Assembly (NCBI GenBank): GCA_963770835.1
Contig: CAVYRH010000019.1
Location: forward strand, 411,752 to 475,751
Direction of reading: 5' to 3'
Source: an uncultured Pseudomonadota bacterium
GTDB lineage: Bacteria; Oederibacteriota; Muellerivitia; Muellerivitales; Muellerivitaceae
Length of the DNA: 64,000 nucleotides
The notes below the pieces were generated by a model, which was not told the DNA's origin, made no database searches, and was given only the letters and a program-made list of their open reading frames with translations. Position 1 is the first letter of the stretch. Each line of letters starts with the position of its first letter. Below, one piece after another: positions 1-10,993 of this stretch. The position numbers and the translations under genes are program-made.

Positions 1-3
1 AGC

Positions 4-1227
4 TTGAGGCGCCACGCGGTCTCCACTTTGGTGACCGCCCTGTCGGCGGCCCTGGCGGTGGGCCTGACCTTGGCCGTCTTTGGCCTGGCCGCCCAAACCC
101 GGGCCGCCTTCATGGGCGGGGCCGGTGGTTTTGACGCCGTCTTGGGCGCCAGAGGAAGCCAGCTCCAGCTGGTTTTGAACGCCGTTTTCCAGCTGGAAAC
201 CTCGCCGGGCAATATTCCCTGGAGCCTCTACGAGACGGTGAAAAACGACCCCCGGGTCGCCGAGGCGGTGCCTTACGCCGTCGGGGACAATTACTACGGC
301 TTCCGGATATTGGGGACAACCCTCGCGGTTCGGGATGAGCTCCGGAATTCCTCCGGCAAGCCCCTGGAACTGGAAGAGGGGGGGCGCTGGTTCAACGATG
401 AGGACCGGGAAGCGGTGGTTGGATCGATCACGGCCCAGAGAAGCGGCCTCCAGGTCGGCAGCTCTTTCCGGCCCTACCACGGCCTGGCTTTCGACCCCAG
501 CATGCAGCACGAGGAGGTCTACCAGGTGGTGGGCATTCTCAAGCCGTCCAATACGCCGATCGACCGGGTCCTCTTCATTCCCCTGGAGGGCTTCTACCGG
601 ATCAAGGGCCATGTTCTCCGGGGATCGGGTAAGGATTATGTACCGAAGGAAAACCAGCCCATTCCCGACGAGGACAAGGAGCTCAGCTCCGTCCTGCTGA
701 AGCTCAAAAGCCCCCAGGCGGGTTTCAACATGGATTACACCATCAACAAACAGGGCAAGGTGGCTACCTTGGCCTGGCCCATCGGGCGGGTTATGGCCGA
801 CCTTTTCAACCGGCTGGGTTGGATGAACCGAATCCTGGTCCTAGTGGCCTACTTGGTCATGGTCGTGGCCGCCTGCTCGATCCTGGCCGCCCTTCACAAC
901 ACCATGCGGGAGAGGCGCAGGGAATTTGCCATCCTGCGGGCCTTGGGCGCGAAACGGCGCACCGTGTTCGCCTCGGTGGTGACCGAAGCCGCCTGCATCG
1001 CCGCCTTGGGCGCCTTGGGGGGCTATTTGGTTTACGGTCTTTTGTTTTTCCTGGCGGCGGGGCTGGTCCGGGCCCAGACAGGGGTGGTCGTGGACCTCTT
1101 CTTTTTCCATCCGGCCCTTATCGGCGTGCCCATCGGCATGACGGTTTTAGGCGCCTTAGCCGGTGTCTTGCCGGCTTATCAAGCCTATTCCACTGACGTG
1201 GCCGGGAATTTGGAACCCCATTCGTAA
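4..1227 (+). CDS. ABC transporter permease, FtsX/MacB-like (5' end probably outside the window)
   Basis: N-terminal TM, periplasmic domain with GARGSQLQLVLNAVF, and C-terminal ERRREFAILRALGA FtsX motif followed by 3 TMs. Confidence 0.9.
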   Translation: MRRHAVSTLVTALSAALAVGLTLAVFGLAAQTRAAFMGGAGGFDAVLGARGSQLQLVLNAVFQLETSPGNIPWSLYETVKNDPRVAEAVPYAVGDNYYGFRILGTTLAVRDELRNSSGKPLELEEGGRWFNDEDREAVVGSITAQRSGLQVGSSFRPYHGLAFDPSMQHEEVYQVVGILKPSNTPIDRVLFIPLEGFYRIKGHVLRGSGKDYVPKENQPIPDEDKELSSVLLKLKSPQAGFNMDYTINKQGKVATLAWPIGRVMADLFNRLGWMNRILVLVAYLVMVVAACSILAALHNTMRERRREFAILRALGAKRRTVFASVVTEAACIAALGALGGYLVYGLLFFLAAGLVRAQTGVVVDLFFFHPALIGVPIGMTVLGALAGVLPAYQAYSTDVAGNLEPHS

Positions 1228-1239
1228 GGAGGAATCGAC

Positions 1240-1731
1240 ATGAGACTTTCATATTTGGTTTTCCTGGCTTGGATATTTTTATTCACCGGTCCCGCGATAC
1301 GGGGTTATGGCGAAACTCCCCCAGACGGGAAAGCGCCGGTAACGGAATCCGCCAAGCCCGGTTTTGAACCCCAGGCCCCCCACGGGGGCCTGCTGGTGGA
1401 CGCAGGGGATGATTTCGCCCACGTGGAAATGGTCTTTGATTCCGCGGAGGGGACACTATCGGCCTACATGCTGGACGGAGAGGCCGAAGAAGCAGTCCCC
1501 CTTAAGCAACCTGTCATTTTGGTTCGTTTAATGAAACCGGCTCGGACCTTAAAACTGAAGGCGGTGGTCAGCCCCTTAAGCGGGGAAAAACCCGGGGCCA
1601 CCTCTTCTTATGCCTTGACAGACCCTTCGCTGAAGGGCCTTTCACAGTTGAAGGGCGTATTGGTATCGGTGGATTTTAACGGCTCGGTCTTTAAAAACCT
1701 TGCCTTCCAATTTCCGCAAAAAAAGGAATAG
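1240..1731 (+). CDS. Secreted protein with a PHGG motif, putative metal-binding accessory of the ABC system
   Basis: RBS AAGGAGG; signal peptide; APHGG..AHVE motif; operon position. Confidence 0.65.
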   Translation: MRLSYLVFLAWIFLFTGPAIRGYGETPPDGKAPVTESAKPGFEPQAPHGGLLVDAGDDFAHVEMVFDSAEGTLSAYMLDGEAEEAVPLKQPVILVRLMKPARTLKLKAVVSPLSGEKPGATSSYALTDPSLKGLSQLKGVLVSVDFNGSVFKNLAFQFPQKKE

Positions 1732-1739
1732 GATCACGA

Positions 1740-2573
1740 ATGAAAACCGGCTTTAACAGGATGATGAAAAAGTCCAAAGAGATGATGAAAAAGTCCAAAG
1801 AATGGACTTTTTCATATCTATGTCGCGAACCACCCCTTAAAAAACAGGGGGTTAAAAACGGTTCGCTCCTAGCCCGTGGCTGTAGACAGGGTGTAAAAAC
1901 ACTTTTTCAGCACCCTGTTAAAAAAGGAATGGTTTACGGGGCTGTCCTTGGTTTCTTTACCCTGGCCGCCGGAGCCCCGATTTTCGGCCAGAACTTCTGG
2001 AAATACCAGGCACCGGCCACCGATGTCCCGGCCGCCGAAGGATCCGGGGTGGCCAATGACGCCAAGCTCCAGGCCCTCAGCCAGATCAGGGATCCCGTCG
2101 TCCAAATCAACCCGGCAGACCTGGAGGGAAAACCCCTCGTGGATTTCACCCGCTTGGCCTGTTTCAATTACGACTACCCGGATGAGGACGGGGGCGCGTT
2201 GGCCCCTAAAAAATCCAAAAGGAAAAAACCGGGAATCCCTGTTTCGGTTTCGGCCTTGAATGGGACAACCTTGGCCGTTCCCGGCTTCATGATCCCAATG
2301 GACCAGGATGCGGACGGGGACACCTGCACTTATTTCATCCTGGCCCGCAACCAGATGACCTGCTGTTTCGGCGTGCCTCCGGGCCTGAACGAGTGGGTGA
2401 GCGTGCGGATGGAGAAGGGTAAAACCGCCAAGCTGGATATGGACCGCCCAGTTGTGGTGGTGGGGACCCTGGAAGTCGGGGAGATTTTCGACCCCGATTC
2501 GGGCTGGAGTTTCTACCGGATGAGGGGCGAGAAGGTCATCGTCGCAGGGAAAAAGAAAGTTTGGTTCCAATGA
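1740..2573 (+). CDS. DUF3299-family protein (copy 1), carrying an in-frame MITE near the N-terminus
   Basis: LNG..PGFMIP..FILA...CCFG..P..NEW motif. Confidence 0.8.
   Translation: MKTGFNRMMKKSKEMMKKSKEWTFSYLCREPPLKKQGVKNGSLLARGCRQGVKTLFQHPVKKGMVYGAVLGFFTLAAGAPIFGQNFWKYQAPATDVPAAEGSGVANDAKLQALSQIRDPVVQINPADLEGKPLVDFTRLACFNYDYPDEDGGALAPKKSKRKKPGIPVSVSALNGTTLAVPGFMIPMDQDADGDTCTYFILARNQMTCCFGVPPGLNEWVSVRMEKGKTAKLDMDRPVVVVGTLEVGEIFDPDSGWSFYRMRGEKVIVAGKKKVWFQ
1757..1917. mobile_element. MITE-like element, 161 bp, with a TTAA duplication
   Basis: Terminal inverted repeats CAGGATGATGAAAAAGT / ACTTTTTCAGCACCCTG, flanked by TTAA at 1753-1756 and 1918-1921. Confidence 0.7.
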
Positions 2574-2582
2574 GGGGGAGTC

Positions 2583-3215
2583 ATGAAAAAACAGCCTATT
2601 AAACTGAAATGGTCGGTGTTGCTGGTATCCCTTTTCCTGGCGGCCCTTCCCTTCCTGAACCTTACAGCCTTCGGACAAGGGGCCGCGCCCAGCGCCAATC
2701 CGGTGGTTCCCTACGCCACGGCCGTCCCGGCACCCATCGACCTCAATTCGGCGCCCATCACGGTTTACCCACTTGTGGACGACCATTCGCTGGTGACTTG
2801 GGACACCCTCTCCCATTTCGACTATGACTCCCCCAGCATCGACGAGGAGATTGACTCGAAACTGCGCCTCAAGAAGAAAAAATACCCCATCCCCGGCTTC
2901 ATCAAGCTGCTAAATGGCGCCCCCGTCGCAGTAGTGGGCTTCATGATCCCCCTAGACACGAACGAGGCGGGGGACAAGACGACCTCCTTCATCCTGGCCC
3001 GCAGTCAGGCCACTTGTTGCTACGGCATCACTCCCAAGATGAATGAGTGGATGTTCGTGCAAATGAAAAAGGGGAAACAGGCCGAGACGATGATGGACAT
3101 GCCCGTGACGGCTTTCGGCACCCTGGCCGTGGGCGAGGAAAAAAAGTCCGATACGGGCTGGACCCTTTACCGGATGGTTTCGGATAAGGTCACCGTTCCC
3201 AAAGTCAATTGGTAA
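2583..3215 (+). CDS. DUF3299-family protein (copy 2)
   Basis: Signal peptide; LNG..VGFMIP..FILARSQATCCYG motif. Confidence 0.8.
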   Translation: MKKQPIKLKWSVLLVSLFLAALPFLNLTAFGQGAAPSANPVVPYATAVPAPIDLNSAPITVYPLVDDHSLVTWDTLSHFDYDSPSIDEEIDSKLRLKKKKYPIPGFIKLLNGAPVAVVGFMIPLDTNEAGDKTTSFILARSQATCCYGITPKMNEWMFVQMKKGKQAETMMDMPVTAFGTLAVGEEKKSDTGWTLYRMVSDKVTVPKVNW

Positions 3216-3217
3216 GG

Positions 3218-3964
3218 ATGAAGGAGGCTTCGATGGGTGGCATACACGGTCCAACGGTTAAGAAAAGCGGTAACGGGGAAAACCCTTCCGCTTCCCGCAT
3301 CCCAACGCAGGATTTGAAATACTGGGCCATGATGGTCTTGAGCCTCTTCTGGTTCGTGTTCCTGACCTATTACCTGCTCAAGGCCAACAGCCGCCCCTCC
3401 GTCCTTCAATGGTGGCAAACGCAAAGCAAGGCGGAAGAAACGGTTCCATCGGCGCCCCCCAAGGCAGACCCCGTTTCCGGCATTCCCTCAAAACCAGCCT
3501 TGAACATCCCCTACCCGAAAGAGGGAGATTATTACCGGCTCAATTTCGACGTCCTGTCCGGGTTCCCCGCGGGGACGCCGGACATTTCGAATCCGGCGGT
3601 TGACCCCCGGAAGAGGGCCAAAATGGCCAGCTTCAATATCCCCGGCCCGGTGAAGGTCTTGAATGGGCAAAAAATATCCGTTGTTGGTTTCATGATCCCC
3701 ATGACCATGGACAAGGAAAGTGTTTATAGTTTTATCCTGGCTCAAAGCCGGATGACCTGCTGTTACGGGATGGTTCCCCAACTCAACCAATGGATTTACG
3801 TCACCATGGACCCGGGGAAGCCAACGTCACAACTGATGGACGTTCCCATCACCGTTTTTGGGACCCTGAGCGTGGGCATGAAGATCGACAAGGACAGCAT
3901 GGGTTGGTGCCTTTACCGCATGACCTCCGGCAAGGTGGATATGCCCAAACAATCCTGGTTTTAG
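3218..3964 (+). CDS. DUF3299-family protein (copy 3), membrane-anchored; start uncertain (3218 or 3233)
   Basis: N-terminal TM; LNGQKISVVGFMIP..SRMTCCYG motif. Confidence 0.8.
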   Translation: MKEASMGGIHGPTVKKSGNGENPSASRIPTQDLKYWAMMVLSLFWFVFLTYYLLKANSRPSVLQWWQTQSKAEETVPSAPPKADPVSGIPSKPALNIPYPKEGDYYRLNFDVLSGFPAGTPDISNPAVDPRKRAKMASFNIPGPVKVLNGQKISVVGFMIPMTMDKESVYSFILAQSRMTCCYGMVPQLNQWIYVTMDPGKPTSQLMDVPITVFGTLSVGMKIDKDSMGWCLYRMTSGKVDMPKQSWF

Positions 3965-3975
3965 GAGCGGCGGCG

Positions 3976-4758
3976 ATGAGGCCTCGAATGCCGAAACCTC
4001 TTTTGACCGGAAGCCTGGTTTTGTTTCTTTTTCCCTTCCGGGGCCTTGCCGCCTCCCCCTCCAATCTGGGCGGAAACTACAATCTCCAAATTCAAACCGA
4101 ATACCCCGCCGACAGCCACCGGAAGCCTAAGCACACCCTCCTGTTACAAAAGGGTTGGAGGGAGTTGTGGAAAATACAGTCCGAAACGCCGTTTGAAAAA
4201 GCGGTCGTGTCCAACGAAACGGGAAGATGCTTCTGTGAGGTGGTTTATCCCGGCTGGACTGAAATATGGGTCTTCGACCGCTCCGGGAAAAAAATCATGG
4301 TACAGCGCGGAAAGCTCCTGGTTATCTCCGCGGGAGGCCAGTCAATGGCTTACCTGCCCCCGGGAACCGGAAACGGTTCCGGGGGCTTGGCCATTCAGGT
4401 TGTCAGTCTGGATAACGGCCGGCGCTCGAAATTCAAATTAGCGGAAAGCTTTGTCCTTAAAACCGTATCCGAGGACGGAAAAACCATCCTAGTCGGGAAG
4501 GACGAATTCAACCTGGCCGGAGTGGAATACCGCCTGATCGATGAACAAGGGGCGGTGATCTGGGGGAAAAAAGGCCGTGGGCTCTTTTTATGTTTGGAAC
4601 ATCACGGGCAATGGGTGTCCTTTGCCATGCTGAAAGAGAAAAAGGTTGAAATTTGTGACTTTAAGACTGGCAAGCTATTGGACGAAATGCCCCGTTGGAA
4701 ATATGACGCCATCCACCGTCCGCCGCCACCCCCCGCGAGTACTCCCCAGCCTGGATAA
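3976..4758 (+). CDS. Hypothetical secreted beta-rich protein
   Basis: RBS AGGAG; signal-like N-terminus; beta-propeller-like strand pattern. Confidence 0.55.
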   Translation: MRPRMPKPLLTGSLVLFLFPFRGLAASPSNLGGNYNLQIQTEYPADSHRKPKHTLLLQKGWRELWKIQSETPFEKAVVSNETGRCFCEVVYPGWTEIWVFDRSGKKIMVQRGKLLVISAGGQSMAYLPPGTGNGSGGLAIQVVSLDNGRRSKFKLAESFVLKTVSEDGKTILVGKDEFNLAGVEYRLIDEQGAVIWGKKGRGLFLCLEHHGQWVSFAMLKEKKVEICDFKTGKLLDEMPRWKYDAIHRPPPPPASTPQPG

Positions 4759-4912
4759 GGCGGACAACGGAATTCCCCATTGTGGTTACAAAGATGAATT
4801 TGAGGAGAACAATAGAGGTTTTTGATAGAACATTTGCCCTAGCCGTAAAAGAAGATTCGGTTTTTGGGAGACCGGCCTTGGACATTAAACAGGGGTTCCA
4901 GGACGATTCTGT

Positions 4913-7135
4913 TTACCGGCGTAGCACCAGGATGCCGTGCGTCAAGGCCTTGCTGCCCAATCGCACCACATAAACATAAACCCCGCTGGCCGCTTCCCTG
5001 CCCCCGTCGTTTCGCCCATCCCATTCAGTCAACCCATTGAAACCGTTTCCCGCGGCCTGCTGCTTCATGAGTTCCCCGGCCGTGGTGTAGACCACCAAGC
5101 TCGAGCCCGCCGGCATGCCCGCGACCTTAAGGGTCCCTTCCGGGGCGGTGCCGGGATTGAAGGGATTGGGATAAAGCACGATACCCGTTGTCGGTACGGG
5201 TGTGAAAGTGGGCGTGGAAACGCCTGGGGTTGAAGTGGATGTGGCTGAAAGCGCCGCTCCCGGGGTGTTGGTGGGTGTGTCGGAAGGCGTGAAAGTCGCG
5301 GACGTCGTGGTGGAATTCGTTGCCGTGGCACTGGCCGTCCCCGTGGCCGTGGAAGTGGTTGTGCTAGTGGATGTCGACGAGAACGTAGCCGAAGTCGTGG
5401 CGGTTAAAGTGGCGGTGGAGGTTGGGGTAGCGGTAGTGGTTTCTGTAGTTGTCAGTGTCGCCAAGTTCGTCGGCGTCAGGGTGGGGGTGGCGCTGGGAAC
5501 GGGAGTGGGGGTATCGGTGGGGGTTATTGAAGCCGTGGCCGAAGCGGTGCTCGAGAGAGTCCCCGTCGGTGTTAGTGAAGCGGTTGAAGTCGGGGAGTCT
5601 GTTGCGCTGGCTGTCATCGTGAAAGTCGGGGTGGAAGAGGGAGTAAATGTGGAAACCGGTGTATCCGTCGAAGTACTAGAGGGGGTCAGAGTGGTTGTAT
5701 TCGTGGGGGTTCCAGTGGGTGTATCGGTTGGAGTGGCGGTCCCCGTGCTGGTGTACGTCGTGCTGGGAGTTTCGGTGGGACTCGCCGTGGGGGAAAGGGT
5801 AGCTGTTCCCGTATTGGAGGCGGTGGAAGAGGCCGAAGAGGTGGCTGTCAAGGTCGGGGTCGAGGTTGTCGTGGCCGAAGGGGTGCAGGTGGGTGTCGCC
5901 GTCGTCGTGCTCGTAGGAGTAAGGGTCGCGGTATTGGAGGAAGTCCCCGTAGGCGTAAAGGTGGGCGTGGGGGTGGCGGTTCCTGTTGGGGTATTCGTGG
6001 CGGTCAGGGTGGAGGTATCGGAGGGCGTGAATGTCGGCGTTTTGGTGGGTGTGGAAGTGGTTGTGGAAGTCGCCGTATTGGTGGCGGTGGTGGTGGCCGT
6101 GTTCGTGGGCGTAGGAGTGCTGGTCGGCGGATTCCAACCACAAGGGAAAGGCACGATTTCAATAGCCTCGATGGCCGATACCTGGCTGGAGGAAAGCCCA
6201 TAGGTCATGGTATAGGTGCCTGACAGGTTGGTGAGCTGGTCGTCCCCTTCGGTGGTGCCGGTGTCCGCATCCACCCACCTTTGGGTCTGCGCCGATCCCG
6301 GCGTGATGGAAGCGGTGGAGGAGCCGAGGTCGCAAAGGTCTGCGATGACGCTGTGGTCGGCGTTGGTGGTGACAGAAATGGTCTGGGCGGCGGAAGCGCC
6401 GTTGGAAACGAAGGCCTGGGAACCGATAGGGTGTACCCCGTAAACCCCGGCATAGCTGATGAAACCCAGGTGCACCGCAGCCGGACTACTGAATTTAACG
6501 ATGAGGTTATTGGTGCCCATCGCGGGGTTGAGGATATACCAAGAGGTGAGGGTGGTGTCGGTTAGGGCGCTGGTATCGGTGCGGATGCGGCTGAGGGTCG
6601 TTCCGTTATAAGTAGCGCTGGTAATGGTGGTGCTTTGGTTGTTGAACTCCGCTTGGAGAAGAATAAAGGGGTCCAGTGCGTAGCTGGAATAAGCCGTGTA
6701 GGTCAGCGTCACGCCCGAGACCGCCACGCCGTTGGAACTATAAGAACCGGTATTCTCGAAAACGAGCGAAGCCTGGTAGGTGAGGCAAGTGTTGGTAGCC
6801 GTGGCCGTGGCCGTGAGGGTAGGCGTGTTCGTGATGGTGGCCGTGGGTGTAGAAGTTGCGGTAACGGTAGGGGTATCGGTGATAGTGAAGGTGGGCGTAA
6901 TGGTGGCGCTATTGGTGGGCGTGAAAGAAGGCGTGAGGGTGGCGGTAGTTGTAAATGTGGAGGAAGGCGTCCCGGTAGGGGTGAGGGTTGGAGTATTGGT
7001 CGTGGTCTTGGTGGCCGTGGCCGTAGAGGTATTGGTCGGCGTCTTGGTGGCTGTGGCTGTATTAGTACTTTGGGGGGTCGAGGTGGGGGTATAAGTCGCG
7101 GTCATGGTGGGGGTGTTCGTCGGAGTGAAGGACAA
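4913..7135 (-). pseudogene. Thr/Pro-repeat surface protein with a C-terminal FlgD-Ig/T9SS-like sorting domain; N-terminus missing
   Basis: TxT repeats; tail [29 protein letters not shown] starts inside the repeats with no signal peptide or RBS. Confidence 0.7.
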
Positions 7136-7893
7136 AACTGGGGCCGCTTATCCTCCTTGAGCCGAAACTGCAAATTACTAACCATTCGGACGGCGTGCTT
7201 TTCGGTTTCCGAAATGATCATCCGTAGGGCATGGGGAAAGGAGTCCGACAGGTACCAAACCATGTTTTCGACCATCTTCTGGTTGTAGGCGGTGCGCTCA
7301 AATTCCAAGACGAACGGGGTTCTTTCCCCCTCCAAATCTGCCTCGAAATAACCGTCCGGGGTTCTCCTGAGTACTGATTTGATCCGCCGCCAAGCCCATT
7401 TCCTCCAGTCAGCTTCCAGCTTCCCGGCCAAGAACTCGGCCTTGAGTTCGGGAGTTATTCCCGAGCGCATCTCGAAATCGCTTACCCAAAAGATGTCTTC
7501 CAGTTCCGGGCTGGCCTCAATAACGATCCTTAGCTCTTGGACCATTAGGTCATGTTGTCTCTCATAGGGGTTGATTCGGATGGGCGTTTTCCGGTTCATA
7601 ACCATCATCCGGCCCGCCTCATCCAGGGTTCGGATGGCCTCGATTGTTAGGAAATAGTAGTTATGCGCGAACATATTGGCCTTCTCAAAGAGAAGGAACC
7701 CCTTCTTGGTGTACTTGCTCAGGACATAACAGGTGTTTCGGTAAGTGCCTTGGGGATAAAACTTTTTGCGGAAAAGCTCAGGCATGGTGAACTTGTTGGA
7801 GTGAATCCAGGTTAGGTGTTCAACTTCATTTTCCGTCATCTCAAGATAACGGCTCATGGTCATCCACCCTTTCCAGCAAAAATTCTTTCTCAA
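7102..7893 (-). CDS. Replication-relaxation (Replic_Relax)-like protein, C-terminally truncated or chimeric
   Basis: wHTH-like N-terminus, HDLMV motif, RRTPDGYF...[10 protein letters not shown]-(D/E)xK-like motif; runs into Thr/Pro-repeat DNA at ~7135. Confidence 0.65.
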   Translation of the reverse strand: MRKNFCWKGWMTMSRYLEMTENEVEHLTWIHSNKFTMPELFRKKFYPQGTYRNTCYVLSKYTKKGFLLFEKANMFAHNYYFLTIEAIRTLDEAGRMMVMNRKTPIRINPYERQHDLMVQELRIVIEASPELEDIFWVSDFEMRSGITPELKAEFLAGKLEADWRKWAWRRIKSVLRRTPDGYFEADLEGERTPFVLEFERTAYNQKMVENMVWYLSDSFPHALRMIISETEKHAVRMVSNLQFRLKEDKRPQFCPSLRRTPPP

Positions 7894-8178
7894 ACTTTAA
7901 TCTGGATGGAATGGGAAAAGAAAATAATCAAACAATACGACCTACTGCCAAAAAAGTAGGCGCTCATGCGGAGTGGTTTTGAGGTGATAGTCACAGCGAA
8001 AAGGTGTGTGCGGAGCACCATCGAAGATCGCCGAGTTTGTCCCCTGGACACAGTTTAGGTGTCCTGAGACAAGCAACCGGTTGCTAATATCCTTCGGGAA
8101 ATGAGAAAACAAACAAAATTTCAAAGGGATAGGAAGATTATCCTGTTTTGAAGTAAGTGGGCAGAGGCCTAATGTGAT

Positions 8179-10920
8179 TTATTCATCATCATTTTTGCCA
8201 ATCAAACCTCCACCAACCTGGAAAAGATATTTTTCTATTTTAAGAATATCTTTTTCTAATGCAGGAAATTCCATATTCGGTTTTAGTCTCGTGAATTCTT
8301 GAATGGCCTTTTTCAATAAGACAATCTCATCTCTTCGCAACTTGCCTTTAAAAGCAAACACAGCTTTTTTGGACCGTCTACAGTTTTCAGCATAACGAAC
8401 GATACCGCTAAGAAATTTTTGATTTTTCACCAATGGCGAAGAAAATTCTTCTATTGCAGTCAAAATAATTAAACTTACCGGGTTAACATTTAATTCCCTT
8501 GTACAAATGGCTAAAAAGCGCACCTTATTTTTAAATCGCTTCAAAAACCTAGGAGTTTGTTTTCCAAGCAAAGCCACTTCTCGCCAAACTTTAATGGCCG
8601 CTTCCACCGCTTCTGAATCTTCCTCATAATCTTCACTCTTTTTGCGAAATGAAACCATTAAAAGAATTATGAATACAAGTAGTCCTTCAATTAGCAAAAC
8701 CCCAATTGGAACTTTTTGTTTTAAAACATCAAGAACCTCAACCGGTTTTGAAATCAAATCAGAGGTTGAAGTTAAATCAATTTGTCGCACGGGGATTTTA
8801 TTTATTCCCGGCAGCGGGGTGCTCCGAGCCGGAAGATGAGACGGAACCTCATGTTGCGCCGAACTTTTAATTTGTGGTTTTTTTGGTTCAGGAATCGAGT
8901 CGCCAGACTTCAATTTAAGGTTCGCGTTCGAGCTAACCGCCGCAGTTGGTGTATGCAGCGTTTGTGTTATCAAATCGACGGCTTTCGGACCATAAGAATT
9001 CCACAGAAGACTTAGAGAAAATATTAAGAGCGGAAATACTGAATATTGAATAATATTTTTTGGAAAAGATAATAAAAATTGTTTTCTTTTTTCTAGTTTA
9101 AACTTTTTGATAGTATCCCTTTCCAAGTCCTTATCCAATTGTTTCGGATCAAAAAGCGGTACTCTAATTTCAAGATTAATTATTTTTTCCAAATATCGAA
9201 CAGAATAATTACTTTCAATTTGATTATTTTTCGAATGATAATTCTGAATAAATTTTAGTACCTCGTCCATTTCCAATCCTAAAACGAAGTAACACTCGCC
9301 CGAATGTGTCAGAAAATTAATAGTTCCCAGCACTTCTACAACACGTTCTGGATCGGAGCGATCTAAATCGTCGATAAAAATTGCCAGTCGATTATTCCCC
9401 AAAGCTTTTGTAATTTCTTTAAACGCTTTTTGAAACCGGTATCGAAGACCAGCTTGGTCCTCGAACGACTTTAACTTAACCAGCTTTTGAAACGGCGACG
9501 AAAGTTTAGAGAGGAATAACCCAAAGACTAAGGAGTTATGAAGACAATAAGAAAAGATGATAAAAGAAAAAGAAAACAGGTACCAAAAGATGCTGTTAAG
9601 CTCGTACTGTTTCCAATTAGGCCAACCATTTAAAAAAAAGTAACTAAGTGCAAAAGGAATGACGGTAACAAAAAATCCAACAATCACTCTCCAAGTTCGG
9701 TTCAAAAACAACTTCGTTCTGAAAATAATTCCATCTAACGAAAAAAAGGAGGGAAGCGCCTCAGCTCGAATAGCTTCGAACAAAGAAGCTAAAATGTGCT
9801 CTTCTTTTTGATGGTGCCAGGCGTTAAACCAAACCGTTCGAAAACCTTTATTATCTAATTCCTTTTTAACCAAGTTCATAAAAGAACTTTTTCCACTTCC
9901 CCATTTCCCTGTTACAGAAAAAGTCAGCGGTGGTTTAGTGTCTTTATTTAAAATAAAAGCCGCAAGATTTTTGGAATAGGTGGAAAGATATTGGCTTTCC
10001 GGATCGTCTAGCCCCAATGGTTGGTCAGAAGTCCCCTCTAAACCTATTTTTTGGATAACCTTCCGTTTTTTAAGAAAAAGTTTCCAAGCATTGAAAAGAA
10101 GAAACACCACTAAAACAATTAAAGTGAAATAAACGGTTAAAGGTTTATTTCGAAGTGCTTCGAGCGGTGTCACCGAAGCAGGGGGAATAGTAGGGGTTTC
10201 GGTTGGTGTAAATGAACCAGGCGTTTTTCCAGCCGAAGCTCCAAGAAATGGAACAACGGTAGGTGTAATTATTGATATGACAGGGGTCTCGATGGGTTGG
10301 ACTGTATTATCTGTTTGTTCAATGACTTCGGTATTGGTTGGGGTTGGAATTACTTTTTTCTCTGGTTCTGGGGTTTTTTGAATCTTCTTTTTCAAACCAC
10401 TAATTATGTTTGGTAGGTTGGGATCAGGGTTTGAAAAATTCTTAGCAAAATTATAGTATTTCAATGCCTCGTCATACTTGCCTTCAAGCTCATAAGTTTT
10501 TCCAAGGCTAGCGTAGTTCTTACTACTTTTAGGATCGTCCTTAATTAACCCCTTTCCTTCATTTTCAGCATTACCAAAATCTTTTTTTCTTCGGAAATAT
10601 TCTATTAAAAGATTCTTAGCTTCAAAGTTATCACTGATGCTACGGGCCTTATCAATTTGCGTACCCGCCACATCAAAATCATTTTGCTCTATTGCGCATT
10701 TGGCCCAACCCAAAAAAGCTTCCTGCCTGCCCGAATCAATAGTAATAGCCTTTTGGTATTGCTTAATCGCTTCTTCATAATTTTTCGATTGAAAATATTT
10801 ATTCCCTGTTTCGATAGCCTGCTGATAGGGATCGACCGGAGTGGGCGTGGTTGTATCTGAAAATATCTTGTGCGTTGGAAAGACGTAAAAAAACATTAGT
10901 AGTAAAAAGGTATATTTCAT
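8179..10920 (-). CDS. KAP-family P-loop NTPase with N-terminal signal peptide, TPR repeats and TM segments
   Basis: TPR motifs; Walker A GKWGSGKS; FNAWHH; TM insert; Walker B IFIDDLDR; YLEKIINLE motif. Confidence 0.85.
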   Translation of the reverse strand: MKYTFLLLMFFYVFPTHKIFSDTTTPTPVDPYQQAIETGNKYFQSKNYEEAIKQYQKAITIDSGRQEAFLGWAKCAIEQNDFDVAGTQIDKARSISDNFEAKNLLIEYFRRKKDFGNAENEGKGLIKDDPKSSKNYASLGKTYELEGKYDEALKYYNFAKNFSNPDPNLPNIISGLKKKIQKTPEPEKKVIPTPTNTEVIEQTDNTVQPIETPVISIITPTVVPFLGASAGKTPGSFTPTETPTIPPASVTPLEALRNKPLTVYFTLIVLVVFLLFNAWKLFLKKRKVIQKIGLEGTSDQPLGLDDPESQYLSTYSKNLAAFILNKDTKPPLTFSVTGKWGSGKSSFMNLVKKELDNKGFRTVWFNAWHHQKEEHILASLFEAIRAEALPSFFSLDGIIFRTKLFLNRTWRVIVGFFVTVIPFALSYFFLNGWPNWKQYELNSIFWYLFSFSFIIFSYCLHNSLVFGLFLSKLSSPFQKLVKLKSFEDQAGLRYRFQKAFKEITKALGNNRLAIFIDDLDRSDPERVVEVLGTINFLTHSGECYFVLGLEMDEVLKFIQNYHSKNNQIESNYSVRYLEKIINLEIRVPLFDPKQLDKDLERDTIKKFKLEKRKQFLLSFPKNIIQYSVFPLLIFSLSLLWNSYGPKAVDLITQTLHTPTAAVSSNANLKLKSGDSIPEPKKPQIKSSAQHEVPSHLPARSTPLPGINKIPVRQIDLTSTSDLISKPVEVLDVLKQKVPIGVLLIEGLLVFIILLMVSFRKKSEDYEEDSEAVEAAIKVWREVALLGKQTPRFLKRFKNKVRFLAICTRELNVNPVSLIILTAIEEFSSPLVKNQKFLSGIVRYAENCRRSKKAVFAFKGKLRRDEIVLLKKAIQEFTRLKPNMEFPALEKDILKIEKYLFQVGGGLIGKNDDE

Positions 10921-10993
10921 TTTTTTATTCCGTTTTTAACAATTAACATTACTGGAATCATATCTTTTTAAATTTTTTCCTTTAGATTAAATC

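Noticed and set aside
5202..7094. Val/Gly-rich plus-strand ORFs
   Set aside because: Antisense shadows of the Thr/Pro repeat codons
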